From Coprobacillus sp. (lineage in GTDB: Bacteria > Bacillota_I > Bacilli_A > RFN20 > CAG-826), in assembly GCA_021203905.1 (NCBI GenBank), contig JAJQAG010000004.1:129939-193938 (forward strand): a stretch of DNA of 64,000 nt. The letters are read 5' to 3'. Both the position numbers and the translations under genes were made by a program. Below, one piece after another: positions 28,809 through 38,375 of the stretch (its first letter is position 1; the number at the start of each line of letters is the position of its first letter). The notes under the pieces are model-generated. The model searched no databases, was not told where the DNA came from, and was given only the letters and a program-made list of their open reading frames with translations.

Positions 28809-30030
28809 TGTTACGACCTCCTTTAGAAGATGTACGTGTTCCAGTAGGATTGGCTGCTGGACGAGTATCTTCATAAATATTCTTATATTTAGAGTTTGTT
28901 AAAACTGCTCCTAAGACATTGTAGAGATTGGGTTTTCTCGCTCCTAAACTCGTGGGTACGGGAGTGGTGATATTCTTTGAACTCACTATCGGAGAGAGAT
29001 AGGAGACGAGTCCATTAAGACGGGCTCCACCCCCGATTAAGACCATCGGGAGAGAGCGGTAAAAGTCTTTCTCTTCCTCTTCATAACCCGCGAGTAAGAC
29101 ATCTATCGTCGTATTGAGATGATTGATGAAGGTTTCAAGTTCTTCTTTGACAAGATCATTTAGTTCAGAAGCATAACAGACCTTCCCCTCTTCGCTTGTA
29201 TAGATGGGAACTTGGAAACGCATTTGCTTCTTATCATAGCCATAGAGACATTTAAGCTCTTCGGCTTTTTCCATAGAAACACTAAGATGATGAGCGATAT
29301 GTCTCGTAATACTATTCCCACCCCAGGCAAACTGTTGAGAGGAATATAGCACTCCATCGCCAATAAGAGAAACAGTAGTCATCTCTCCACCGATATCCAC
29401 TAAGAAGTAAGCACTAGGGGTTGTGGGTTGAGTAGCGAGTAGTTCGCAAGCGGCAAAAGGTGCCACTACCATTCGAGAGATAGATAATCCCGCTTCAAGA
29501 ACCGCTCTACGATAACTATCAATAAGAGGGATGGGGAGAGTGTGAAGTTTCGCTCGCATGGTTAGTCCCGTAGAAACTAAACCAATAGGAGGGGTTATAT
29601 ACTCCTTCCCATCATCGACAATGAAGGTGTCAGGGATAATATCCACACAATCATTATTGAGTTCCGCCGGAAATTTATCTTTTCTAATCAAAGCGTATAA
29701 GTTCTTAATATCTATCGTATCGATTCTTCCTTCTGGAGAGACAATCGTCGTGAACTTATCATTGTTAAAGACCACAAGACCATTAGGAGGAAGCACTAAG
29801 ATAACCTCTTGAACGAGGACCGAGATCTTTGCATCAGGATCTTCAAACTTGGTTAAAGAACTAATCTCTTTGACAAGTTTGGCTTTATCAACGATGGAAC
29901 CATTCTCGATGACACCAGAAAGAGGTTTCTCCTTCACATAGATAACATACACTTGTCCTTCATTTTCAAAACCTTCAAGAAGTTTGAGAGATGAATCCGA
30001 AATTTCAAGAACAAAGACAGGTTTTTTCAT
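28801..30030 (-). CDS. ftsA: cell division protein FtsA
   Basis: 409 aa. Actin-like ATPase fold with an SHS2 insert. It lies immediately upstream of ftsZ. Confidence 0.88.
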   Translation of the reverse strand: MKKPVFVLEISDSSLKLLEGFENEGQVYVIYVKEKPLSGVIENGSIVDKAKLVKEISSLTKFEDPDAKISVLVQEVILVLPPNGLVVFNNDKFTTIVSPEGRIDTIDIKNLYALIRKDKFPAELNNDCVDIIPDTFIVDDGKEYITPPIGLVSTGLTMRAKLHTLPIPLIDSYRRAVLEAGLSISRMVVAPFAACELLATQPTTPSAYFLVDIGGEMTTVSLIGDGVLYSSQQFAWGGNSITRHIAHHLSVSMEKAEELKCLYGYDKKQMRFQVPIYTSEEGKVCYASELNDLVKEELETFINHLNTTIDVLLAGYEEEEKDFYRSLPMVLIGGGARLNGLVSYLSPIVSSKNITTPVPTSLGARKPNLYNVLGAVLTNSKYKNIYEDTRPAANPTGTRTSSKGGRNNG

Positions 30031-30165
30031 ACTGCTATTTTATAACTTTCGACTAATATTATACAAGAAATTAGTAAAATCATAAAATATAATTTTATAG
30101 TCTACTAAATATCTACTATTTTTCAACTTTTAAAAGTGGTCAGGCCCCACACTACTACGATGATC

Positions 30166-30210
30166 GAAACAAAAGAAAAACCCCATACATAAGGGGGATA
30201 GTACGGGGTT
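30166..30210 (-). terminator. intrinsic terminator between ftsL and ftsA
   Basis: The minus strand reads AACCCCGTACtatcccccttatGTATGGGGTT followed by TTTTTCTTTTGTT. The stem is 10 bp with one G.U pair. Confidence 0.5.
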
Positions 30211-30333
30211 AGAGGCAGGAAGACACCTGTCTTAAGGAGGTTATATTATAACAACATTTCTGTCGATATAATTAACTTACATTACCAGTATTTTAACATT
30301 GATATTTTATCTCGTCAATACCTAAAAATAACC

Positions 30334-30552
30334 TTATTCATCAAATGGGGATTCGTAAGATAAAACATCAATAGAAGAGGTTTCAAGATTCTCCACGACT
30401 TCTGTGTGAACAGTCGAGGTTTTGTTATTTGAAAGATATGTAGGGATAGTGATGATAGCGCCGATTGAAACGAACAATAAAGTAATGAAACTGATGTTTC
30501 TTAAGCGATAGTAGCTTGCGGTCCTGTTGTACTTAATAAGTTTGTCTTTCAT
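30334..30552 (-). CDS. FtsL-like single-TM cell division protein
   Basis: 72 aa from the ATG at 30552 (MKDKLIKY). The helix ISFITLLFVSIGAIITI is hydrophobic. Its position between rsmH and ftsA matches ftsL in division and cell wall (dcw) clusters. Confidence 0.5.
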   Translation of the reverse strand: MKDKLIKYNRTASYYRLRNISFITLLFVSIGAIITIPTYLSNNKTSTVHTEVVENLETSSIDVLSYESPFDE

Positions 30553-30562
30553 CGTGTTTCCT

Positions 30563-31501
30563 CTACTTTCTTTCAATCACTCTTAGCTTTGCGCTCTTAC
30601 ATCTGGGATTAGCTTCCACCTCTTCTTCACTCGGGGTGATCACCTTATTGTTGATTAACCTATAATCAACATCCCTATTTATCTGCGGTCCATTGATTCT
30701 ATCTCCTTGGACGACGGCATACTTTCTAAATGTTTGTTTCACTATCCTATCTTCTAGGGAATGGAAGGATATTACTGCAAGTCGGCCACCACTATCTAAG
30801 AATGGCAAGACCTTCTCTAAGGTTTCTCTTAGGACATTGAGTTCATCGTTTACTTCAATACGGAGAGCTTGAAATACTTGTTTAGCGGGATGACCGGGTT
30901 TAGATAACTCCTTACTGGGCTTGCTCTTTTTAATGATCTCTACGAGTTCAAGTGTGCTTTCAATCGGTTTCTTTTCTCTTTCTAGGACAATGTTTCGAGC
31001 AATGCTTGAGGAGTATTTCTCTTCTCCATATTCTTTGAATATCTGGGTGAGTCTCTCTTGCGAATAGGTATTAACAACTTCTCTTGCGCTCAAGGGATTG
31101 TCTTTATCCATTCTCATGTCAAGAGGTCCATCTTCTCGATAAGAGAAGCCTCTCTCACTCTCATCAAACTGGTTTGAGCTGACCCCAAGATCCATAATCA
31201 CTCCATCGACAGAAGTTGTTCCTAACTCCTTTAAGATGGTGTCAACATGGACGAAGTTATCTTTGATAAGGGTGAATTTCTTTGAGATGTGATTAAGTCT
31301 CTCACTAGAGGCTTTTATCGCCTCTTCATCTTGATCAACCCCGATAAGATAACCTGTCGTGAGACTCTCAAGGATTCGTGAAGCATGTCCTCCTCTTCCT
31401 ACGGTGAGATCAAGATAGATTCCTTCGGGCTTAACTTTTAAGAGAGAAATAGTCTCCTCAACTAGGACTGGTAGATGTCCGTAATCCTTATCACTCGCCA
31501 T
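30563..31501 (-). CDS. rsmH: 16S rRNA m4C1402 methyltransferase RsmH (MraW)
   Basis: SAM motif DLTVGRGGHA. The start is trimmed to MASDKDYGHLPVLV (ATG at 31501). The track ORF overlaps mraZ by 143 nt. Confidence 0.9.
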   Translation of the reverse strand: MASDKDYGHLPVLVEETISLLKVKPEGIYLDLTVGRGGHASRILESLTTGYLIGVDQDEEAIKASSERLNHISKKFTLIKDNFVHVDTILKELGTTSVDGVIMDLGVSSNQFDESERGFSYREDGPLDMRMDKDNPLSAREVVNTYSQERLTQIFKEYGEEKYSSSIARNIVLEREKKPIESTLELVEIIKKSKPSKELSKPGHPAKQVFQALRIEVNDELNVLRETLEKVLPFLDSGGRLAVISFHSLEDRIVKQTFRKYAVVQGDRINGPQINRDVDYRLINNKVITPSEEEVEANPRCKSAKLRVIERK

Positions 31502-31922
31502 GATCAATGAGTTCACCTGCGACTTCTTCATAAGAAGAATCAGCTTCTTTTTCGTATTCGAGATACTTCGTACGATCCCAAATTTCAATGTGGTCCACCA
31601 CTCCAAGGATGAAAATATCTTTTCCGATTCCATACCTGGTGATGAGGGCAGTGGGTATCGTCACTCTTCCAAGCTTATCAACCTCTAGTTCATAGGTAGA
31701 AGAGAGTTGGGTTCTTATGTAAGAGCGGCTCTCCTTCTTTTGAAAAGGAAGAGAGTTTATTTCGGTAATTAAGTTATTAAATGCTTCGGCGCTATAAAGA
31801 GAAAGCGCTCCATCATATCCCTTCATGATATAAAGAGGAGAGGAGACCTCTTCTCTCATCCTTTTAGGGATGACAATGCGGTTCTTTTCATCAAGTGAAT
31901 GTTCATAACGACCAAAAAACAT
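31491..31922 (-). CDS. mraZ: transcriptional regulator MraZ
   Basis: The start is set at MFFGRYEHSLDEKNRIVIP (ATG at 31922). Two DxxxR repeats are present. Confidence 0.9.
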   Translation of the reverse strand: MFFGRYEHSLDEKNRIVIPKRMREEVSSPLYIMKGYDGALSLYSAEAFNNLITEINSLPFQKKESRSYIRTQLSSTYELEVDKLGRVTIPTALITRYGIGKDIFILGVVDHIEIWDRTKYLEYEKEADSSYEEVAGELIDHGE

Positions 31923-31927
31923 ATTTA

Positions 31928-31951
31928 CCACTTTTTCCCACTTTTTACCAC
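31928..31951 (-). promoter_or_regulatory. three direct AAAGTGG repeats at 10-bp spacing, putative MraZ operator
   Basis: The minus strand reads caAGTGGtaaaAAGTGGgaaaAAGTGGtaaatATG. The repeats sit in the 5' UTR directly before the mraZ start codon. Confidence 0.6.
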
Positions 31952-31959
31952 TTGACTAT

Positions 31960-31989
31960 ATTATAAATAGCATTTTAAAAGTTTGACAA
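31960..31989 (-). promoter_or_regulatory. mraZ promoter (TTGTCA-18-TATAAT)
   Basis: Perfect -10 at plus 31960-31965 and near-consensus -35 at plus 31984-31989 on the minus strand. Confidence 0.55.
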
Positions 31990-32055
31990 CACTTATTTTG
32001 ATAAAAATAAAAAGCCCTCCAAAAGGAGAAGCTATGTTACAGATGAGAAGATTGG

Positions 32056-32547
32056 TTATAAGTCGAGATTATCTAAGACATCAAAGGGAGATGATTTATC
32101 TTCTTCTCTCTCTTTCTCTAGTTCATCTTCTGTTAAGACTCGATAACCTTTTCCACCTTGAGGGAGGCTCGCTCCTGGTTTGTGGAGATGGAAAGGAACT
32201 GTCGCCACAATGATGGAGTGGATGACATCATCGAGATTGATATCTCCATTCTTTTCTATCGTATCAATCCCCTCTTCTTCGTTTCCATTAAAGGAGAAGA
32301 TAAAATCTTCTTTCTCTTTTCCATGATACTCCACCTCTTCTAGGGTATAACTACAAGGAGCAAGAGCCACAAACTTGACACTCACGGTAAGATAAAGTAG
32401 TTCCCCCACTTTGGTGACATCAACATCAGCGTGACAACTCCTTACCCCTAATATATGGACGGGATCAAACTGCTCTGACTTAAAAGAAGGGTCATAAGAA
32501 ACCCTTTCTTTTTCATTTTCTTTATATGTATAGAAGTTGATTTTCAT
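32056..32547 (-). CDS. YceD/DUF177 family protein
   Basis: 163 aa, acidic, ending SPFDVLDNLDL. A Cys pair is present. Confidence 0.7.
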   Translation of the reverse strand: MKINFYTYKENEKERVSYDPSFKSEQFDPVHILGVRSCHADVDVTKVGELLYLTVSVKFVALAPCSYTLEEVEYHGKEKEDFIFSFNGNEEEGIDTIEKNGDINLDDVIHSIIVATVPFHLHKPGASLPQGGKGYRVLTEDELEKEREEDKSSPFDVLDNLDL

Positions 32548-34940
32548 TAGCTACGAAGCACCGCTTTAAAACGACGATTTAATTCAAACTTAATATTGTC
32601 TTCAACTTGTGTCACTTCTTTATCTTCTAGGGTGTGAGTGTCACTTCCATAAGTAATAGTAATGGCGACACTCTTAGTGCCGCTCGCAATCCCCTTTCCT
32701 TCATAGACATCAAAGACTTCACAAGAGGTGACAATCCCGTTAGCGGTCTTAGTAATAAGATGAAGGAGTTCTTGACTAGTGACCTCTTTTGAGACAATAA
32801 GAGCGAGGTCGTGACTAATAGTGGGATATTTAGAGATCTTTTCCATCTTCGTGGTGCTGACCTTAAGAGCAAAGATATCATCAAGAACGACCTCAGCGAG
32901 TAAAACATTATTCTTTCCAAGGTCGTATTTAGTGATGGTCGTTGGATGAAGCTCTCCAAAATAACCAATGGTCTTACCAGCGATGGTGATAAGAGCGCTC
33001 TTTCCTGGATGGAGCTCCTCCACTTGATCATTACTAACAATCTTATAACGGCTAGCGTCCACTCCTAAGGTTTCAAAGATTCCACAAACAAGTCCTTTCA
33101 AGTCATAGAAGTCATAAGGACGAGTGACGAGAAGTCCTTGTTCATGTTTATCATTAACAAGAGCGATACATAAATGATGAGTATAGCTATTCTTTGTGGT
33201 TATCTCACTAATTTCAAATAGGGCCATATCCTTGGTTTGACGAGAGATGTTATAAATAACATTCTTCATCATGGAGTGGGCTAAACTCGTTCTTACCACC
33301 ACATGATCGTCTGTGAGGGGATTCATCACTTTATAAGCATCATGATCAAAGATGGTAGTAAAGGTTTCGTCGTACTCTTTCTCACTTAATAAAGTGTAAG
33401 AGAGACACTCATCTAAACCTTGATTTAAAAGATAATCACTAACAAGGTTAATCTTGATGGCACTTTCACTTAAAGAACCCTCACTACTCTCAAAGGTGGG
33501 AAGAATAGAGGGCACGTGCTCATAACCAAGGAGACGAATGACCTCTTCACTAAGATCTTCCCATCTCTCAATATCAAGACGATAGCTGGGGACAGTACAG
33601 ATAAACTTATTCCCTTTATCCGTAACTTTAAAGTTGAGTCTCTCAAGAGCTCCTTTAATCTCCTTAGGAGAGAAAGAAGTGGCAAGACGAGAATTTATCT
33701 TTTCATAAGTGGTTTCAATTTGAATGGGTTTTTCTTTTTCACTTTGATAAATGATAGTTTGCGAGAATTGCTCTCCCCCACAGAGTTGTTTAATTAAACT
33801 CGAGGCATAATCAATGACAAATTCAGACTGAAAGTGATTGGTCCCTTTCACAAAGCGAGAGGAAGATTCACTACTTAAACCAAGTCTCGTGGAAGTATGT
33901 CTAATCGTCACCGCATAGAAAGAGGCCGCTTCAATAACAATGTCTGTGGAACCACTATCAACCGCACACTCTAAAGAACCCATCACTCCACCGAGACACA
34001 TTGCCCTCTCTTTGGAGCAGATACAAATATCTCCTTTGATGACATCATATGATTTAGTGTCAAGAGCGACAAAGCTTCCTTCATAGTCATCTCTCGCCAC
34101 AAGTTTTCTCTCGGGGAGTTTATTAACATCATACATGTGTAATGGTTGACCGGTAATAAGCATGACATAGTTACCGATATCGACAATATTATCAATGGAT
34201 CTCACTCCCATCGCCATGAGATATCTCTGCATCCATAAAGGAGATGATCCAGATTTAATTCCTTTAATTTCTTTGCCACTGAATTGAGGGCATTTTTCTG
34301 TTTCAGAGCCCACTTTAAAGTCGGTTTTATAGGTTTCAAGATGTTCGACTTTTATAGGATAAGTAGGACGAGAGAAGATTGCTCCCGCTTCTTTAGCGAT
34401 ATTTAAGATCGAGAGAAGATCAGGACGATTCGCTAAAACTGAAAGAGAGAGAACATAATCATCTAAAAGAAGATAATGTAAGACATTCTCTTCTCCCACT
34501 GGAGCAGCACTATCAAGTTCAATAATTCCCTCTAAATCTTTATCACTTAAATACTTACGATCAAGGCCAAGTTCAAGATAGGAGCAGCACATCCCGTGAG
34601 ATTCCACTCCTCTAATAGTGGATTTACCAATCTTTCCACCGATTAATTCACAGCCTTCAAGGGCCACGACCACTTTAAGTCCACTTCTTACGTTAGGAGC
34701 ACCGCAGACAATTTGTTGGGTGCCATATTTCTGACCAAGATTGACACTTAAAACATGAAGATGAGTGCCTTCTATCTCTTCACAAGTTAAGACTTCTCCA
34801 ATACAGAGTTTTGTGCCATACGCTAAAGGTCTAGTCCCTTCCACTTCAATGCCCGCAAAGGTAAAACCATGGGCAATCTCTTCGACGCTTAAGCCCTCTA
34901 AATCCACAAACTGTTTTAAACAATTAAGAGAGACTTCCAT
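32547..34940 (-). CDS. pheT: phenylalanyl-tRNA synthetase beta subunit
   Basis: 797 aa. tRNA-binding, B3/B4, B5 and FDX-ACB domain order. Confidence 0.95.
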   Translation of the reverse strand: MEVSLNCLKQFVDLEGLSVEEIAHGFTFAGIEVEGTRPLAYGTKLCIGEVLTCEEIEGTHLHVLSVNLGQKYGTQQIVCGAPNVRSGLKVVVALEGCELIGGKIGKSTIRGVESHGMCCSYLELGLDRKYLSDKDLEGIIELDSAAPVGEENVLHYLLLDDYVLSLSVLANRPDLLSILNIAKEAGAIFSRPTYPIKVEHLETYKTDFKVGSETEKCPQFSGKEIKGIKSGSSPLWMQRYLMAMGVRSIDNIVDIGNYVMLITGQPLHMYDVNKLPERKLVARDDYEGSFVALDTKSYDVIKGDICICSKERAMCLGGVMGSLECAVDSGSTDIVIEAASFYAVTIRHTSTRLGLSSESSSRFVKGTNHFQSEFVIDYASSLIKQLCGGEQFSQTIIYQSEKEKPIQIETTYEKINSRLATSFSPKEIKGALERLNFKVTDKGNKFICTVPSYRLDIERWEDLSEEVIRLLGYEHVPSILPTFESSEGSLSESAIKINLVSDYLLNQGLDECLSYTLLSEKEYDETFTTIFDHDAYKVMNPLTDDHVVVRTSLAHSMMKNVIYNISRQTKDMALFEISEITTKNSYTHHLCIALVNDKHEQGLLVTRPYDFYDLKGLVCGIFETLGVDASRYKIVSNDQVEELHPGKSALITIAGKTIGYFGELHPTTITKYDLGKNNVLLAEVVLDDIFALKVSTTKMEKISKYPTISHDLALIVSKEVTSQELLHLITKTANGIVTSCEVFDVYEGKGIASGTKSVAITITYGSDTHTLEDKEVTQVEDNIKFELNRRFKAVLRS

Positions 34941-35980
34941 TACGATACCTTCTTTTTAAATTGTTCGAGGAAACGTACATCATTAGTGTAGAATCTCCTG
35001 ATATCATCAATGCCATACCTAAGCATGGCCACTCTTTCAATCCCAATTCCAAAGGCAAATCCACTATAAACCTCTGGATCGTAACCATTTATTTTAAGAA
35101 CATTAGGATGAACCATCCCTGCTCCTAAGATTTCAATATAACCATTCTTACACATAGAGCAACCCTTGCCCCCACAATTTCCACAAGAGACATCAACCTC
35201 CACACTCGGTTCGGTAAAGGGGAAGAAAGATGGACGGAAGCGGACTTCTCTCTTTTCTCCAAACATCGCTTTGGCAAAAACCTCAAGAGTGGCTTTAAGA
35301 TGAGCCATATTAATTCCCTTATCCACCACTAAACCTTCGATTTGAGCGAATTGATGAGAATGCGTCGCATCATCATCATCTCTACGATAAGTCTTCCCTG
35401 GGCAAATAATCTTAAAGGGTTTCCCTGCTTTTTCTTCCATCACCCTCGCTTGAATGTTAGAGGTTTGACTACGGAGAAGTAAGTTTTCATTTATGTATAA
35501 AGAATCCTGCATATCTCTCGCGGGATGATCTTTAGGAATATTCAATCTTTCAAAATTGTAGAGGTCACTCTCTACTTCTGGTCCTTCTTTAACTTCGTAT
35601 CCCATCTTAAGGAAGATATCGGCAATTTCATCACGGATGATATAGAAAGGATTCTTCGCTCCAATGCTATTACCTCTTCCTGGAAGAGTGATATCAAGTT
35701 TCTCGTGGGCAAGTTTTTCATTGAGCTCTTCAAGAGTTATTTCTTCTGACCTTGACTCAAAAGCGGAGGTTAACTCCTCTCTTAAACGAGATAAGAGACT
35801 TCCGTACTCTCTTTTTTCCTTATCAGAGAGAGAAGGAAGTTGACTGGTTAAGAGAGCAAGTTCTCCTCTTTTTGCAAAAAAGCGATTACGAAAAGTGGTG
35901 ATATCCGCACTCGAGACAATCTTACTTAACTCTGCAAAAGCAGTCTTTCTTAATTCTTCAATGTTATCTTTTAAACTCAT
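34940..35980 (-). CDS. pheS: phenylalanyl-tRNA synthetase alpha subunit
   Basis: 346 aa. Class II motifs are present (FRPSFFPFTEPS, GxGxGxER). Confidence 0.95.
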   Translation of the reverse strand: MSLKDNIEELRKTAFAELSKIVSSADITTFRNRFFAKRGELALLTSQLPSLSDKEKREYGSLLSRLREELTSAFESRSEEITLEELNEKLAHEKLDITLPGRGNSIGAKNPFYIIRDEIADIFLKMGYEVKEGPEVESDLYNFERLNIPKDHPARDMQDSLYINENLLLRSQTSNIQARVMEEKAGKPFKIICPGKTYRRDDDDATHSHQFAQIEGLVVDKGINMAHLKATLEVFAKAMFGEKREVRFRPSFFPFTEPSVEVDVSCGNCGGKGCSMCKNGYIEILGAGMVHPNVLKINGYDPEVYSGFAFGIGIERVAMLRYGIDDIRRFYTNDVRFLEQFKKKVS

Positions 35981-36028
35981 ACCTTGTTATTTTATCATAC
36001 AAGAGTTTTATAAAAAACTAGAAATTTT

Positions 36029-36757
36029 TTATAACTTTGTGCCATTTATAAAATAAAACATGACAATTCCCGCACAGACTGCAACATTAAGGGAATCGAT
36101 GTCATTCATTTTGATACTGATTCTTCTATCCGCGAGATTAACTACTTCCTCACTCACTCCATGGGCTTCGCTTCCAAAGACTAAAAGGTAGGGTTCTTTC
36201 ACTCTCGTATCCACAAGGGTATCTTCATTGAGGGGAGTGGTCACATAAATAGTATGGGTGCGTTTATAATCTTGAACGGATCCTTGCTTAATGGGGAGGG
36301 AGAAGATAGCCCCTTTTGAAGCGGAAACAACCTTAGCGTTATAGATAGAAACACAATCACTTGAGAGCACTACTCCATCAAAACCAAGAGCGAGAGCAGT
36401 CCTTAAGATAGTTCCCATATTTCCTGGATCTCTGACACCATCAAGATAAATGAGCTTATCTTCCTTACTGAAAGGAACCTCTTCCATCTTAGAAATAAAA
36501 ACCACTTCTTCATTATTGACTAAAGAAGAGATCTTTTCTAAGACATTAGTGGGTACGACAATTTGTTCAATATCCCCAACATTTTCTAACTCTTTTGTGG
36601 TAAAAATCGTTTCCACCACTCCTTGTTTAAGTGCCATTTCCAGATTGAATTTTCCTTCACACAAAAACTTCTTTTCGCTTTTGGCAAAAGAAATATTCTT
36701 AAGCTTAACAGTGTACTTAATTAAAGGATTAGTAAGAGAAGTAATTTCTTTAGTCAT
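36029..36757 (-). CDS. SpoU/TrmH-family RNA 2'-O-methyltransferase (YsgA-like)
   Basis: 242 aa. Motif LDGVRDPGNMGTILRTALALG. It lies upstream of pheS as ysgA does in Bacillus. Confidence 0.85.
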   Translation of the reverse strand: MTKEITSLTNPLIKYTVKLKNISFAKSEKKFLCEGKFNLEMALKQGVVETIFTTKELENVGDIEQIVVPTNVLEKISSLVNNEEVVFISKMEEVPFSKEDKLIYLDGVRDPGNMGTILRTALALGFDGVVLSSDCVSIYNAKVVSASKGAIFSLPIKQGSVQDYKRTHTIYVTTPLNEDTLVDTRVKEPYLLVFGSEAHGVSEEVVNLADRRISIKMNDIDSLNVAVCAGIVMFYFINGTKL

Positions 36758-37397
36758 TGCGGATTCCTTTTTTCAAACTCTTCTGTATTTCCCGATAATT
36801 TGGACAATACTTATACACGATATTATAGAAGTTTTGGGAGTGGTCAAAATAGAAATAATGGGCTAATTCGTGAACGATAACTGTGTCAATAATCTCAGGA
36901 TCATAATGAACAAGCATCATCGCAAAAGTTAAAGTGTGAGTCTTAAGAGAGTTCGTGCCCCATCTAGTCTTCATCACTCTCACTCTTACATTATATGGCT
37001 CTTTGATAGACATTAAATCCTCGTAATAGTTCACTCTTCCCACTAAATATTCCTTAAACATCTTCTTAAGTTTCCTATCAAGTTCTTCCTTTGATTCATA
37101 TTCAATGGAGGGATAATTAGTAAAATCGATGGAACCATTAGGAAGAGTTAAATCCGCTTTACGACCAAAGATATAGATAAATTTGTCAGTGTATAAAACT
37201 TGTGCTTCCGCTTTATCAACGAGCTTTCTCGCAAACTTATCAAGACCTTCGCGGATCTTCTTTTCACTTGTTAAATAAGGACAGGTTACTTTGAATTTTC
37301 CATCAAAAAATCTGTAGCGGATGCTCTTCATTTGTTTGGGGTAAATATTGACGATATAATCCACTCCATCAAGGCTATAAGTAATCTGATTTTTCAT
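36750..37397 (-). CDS. YgjP-like metal-dependent hydrolase (DUF45/M48 superfamily)
   Basis: 215 aa with HELAHYFYFDHSQNFY. Confidence 0.75.
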   Translation of the reverse strand: MKNQITYSLDGVDYIVNIYPKQMKSIRYRFFDGKFKVTCPYLTSEKKIREGLDKFARKLVDKAEAQVLYTDKFIYIFGRKADLTLPNGSIDFTNYPSIEYESKEELDRKLKKMFKEYLVGRVNYYEDLMSIKEPYNVRVRVMKTRWGTNSLKTHTLTFAMMLVHYDPEIIDTVIVHELAHYFYFDHSQNFYNIVYKYCPNYREIQKSLKKGIRND

Positions 37398-37450
37398 CGC
37401 TTTATTATAACTTGATTTGACCTTTAATTTATATATAAAATTAAGGAGCG

Positions 37451-37915
37451 ATGAAAAAAGAAAAAATCCTTATCTCCTCTTGTTTGGTGGGCGATAAAGT
37501 TCGCTACGACGGGAGAAGTAATCAAGTGGATTCTCTTGATGAACTTCTCGAGAAGTATGAACTCGTCCCTTTTTGTAGTGAAGTTGAAGGAGGATTACGT
37601 GTTCCTCGAGCTCCGAGTGAAAGAGAAGGAGATAGAGTAATTAACTCCTTAGGTAAAGATGTCACAAAGCAATACCACCTTGGAGCGGAGAGGGCTTTAA
37701 ATATCTGTAAGTATTTAGGAATCACGAAAGCGATTCTTAAAGATAAGTCTCCCGCTTGCGGAGTGTATGAAATCTATGATGGAACCTTTGCCCACAAAAA
37801 GAAAAAAGGCGAGGGCACTACCACCGCCTTACTTCGAGAAAACGGCATCACTGTCTATAGTGAAAAAGATATCCCTCAATTACTTAATAATTCGAATTTT
37901 GACGCTGATGATTAA
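37451..37915 (+). CDS. DUF523-family protein (TudS-like)
   Basis: N-terminal ILISSCLVGDKVRYDG matches the DUF523 Cys motif. Confidence 0.6.
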   Translation: MKKEKILISSCLVGDKVRYDGRSNQVDSLDELLEKYELVPFCSEVEGGLRVPRAPSEREGDRVINSLGKDVTKQYHLGAERALNICKYLGITKAILKDKSPACGVYEIYDGTFAHKKKKGEGTTTALLRENGITVYSEKDIPQLLNNSNFDADD

Positions 37916-38375
37916 CTTGCATCTTTTTAAGATAAGCTTCAATTAATTCATCCATTTCAAATCCGAGGGGATGGATAAGAGAGAGAAAACAACTAAAGGC
38001 CTTCATATAGGTCCTTTCATTTTGTTTTTTAAGGAAAGAAAGAACAAGATCATAGAGATGGAGGAAGTGTTGGTTCACATCATCTTTATCCTTACTATAG
38101 GGAATATGGTAACTCTTCACTCCAATATCGATGCCAAGAGAGAGAAAGAAATGCACTCCATCACTATATTCGTCAAGAACTCTTTCTTTGCTCTCGCTGC
38201 CTTTATTGCTCCAATATTTAAAGCATCTTGTGGAATTAATGAGTTCCCCAATTTCCACAAGCAAAGCAAGGAGCCTTCTCGTCCTCGTTGAGGCATAAGT
38301 GACATTATGCCTTTCACAAATTTCCGTATCTAAGTTCTTTTGAAGAGCATAGAGAGAAGAGAGATCAACTTCCAT
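37884..38375 (-). CDS. all-alpha NTP pyrophosphatase, dimeric dUTPase-like
   Basis: 163 aa with LLALLVEIGELINSTRCFKYWS, which resembles the dUTPase_2 family. Its 3' end overlaps the convergent DUF523 gene by 32 nt. Confidence 0.5.
   Translation of the reverse strand: MEVDLSSLYALQKNLDTEICERHNVTYASTRTRRLLALLVEIGELINSTRCFKYWSNKGSESKERVLDEYSDGVHFFLSLGIDIGVKSYHIPYSKDKDDVNQHFLHLYDLVLSFLKKQNERTYMKAFSCFLSLIHPLGFEMDELIEAYLKKMQVNHQRQNSNY

Noticed and set aside
30213-30300. AAGGAGG on the plus strand in the ftsL-ftsA spacer, suggesting a plus-strand small ORF
   Set aside because: No ATG, GTG or TTG at suitable spacing, and no open frame follows.
35981-36028. Looked for a T-box or leader upstream of pheS
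   Set aside because: Only 48 nt separate pheS from the upstream methyltransferase gene, and no T-box motif is present.
37884-37915. 32-nt 3' overlap of the convergent DUF523 and dUTPase-like genes, a possible frameshift or misassembly
   Set aside because: Both ORFs have intact family motifs to their ends. Convergent 3' overlaps of this size occur naturally. No evidence of a pseudogene.
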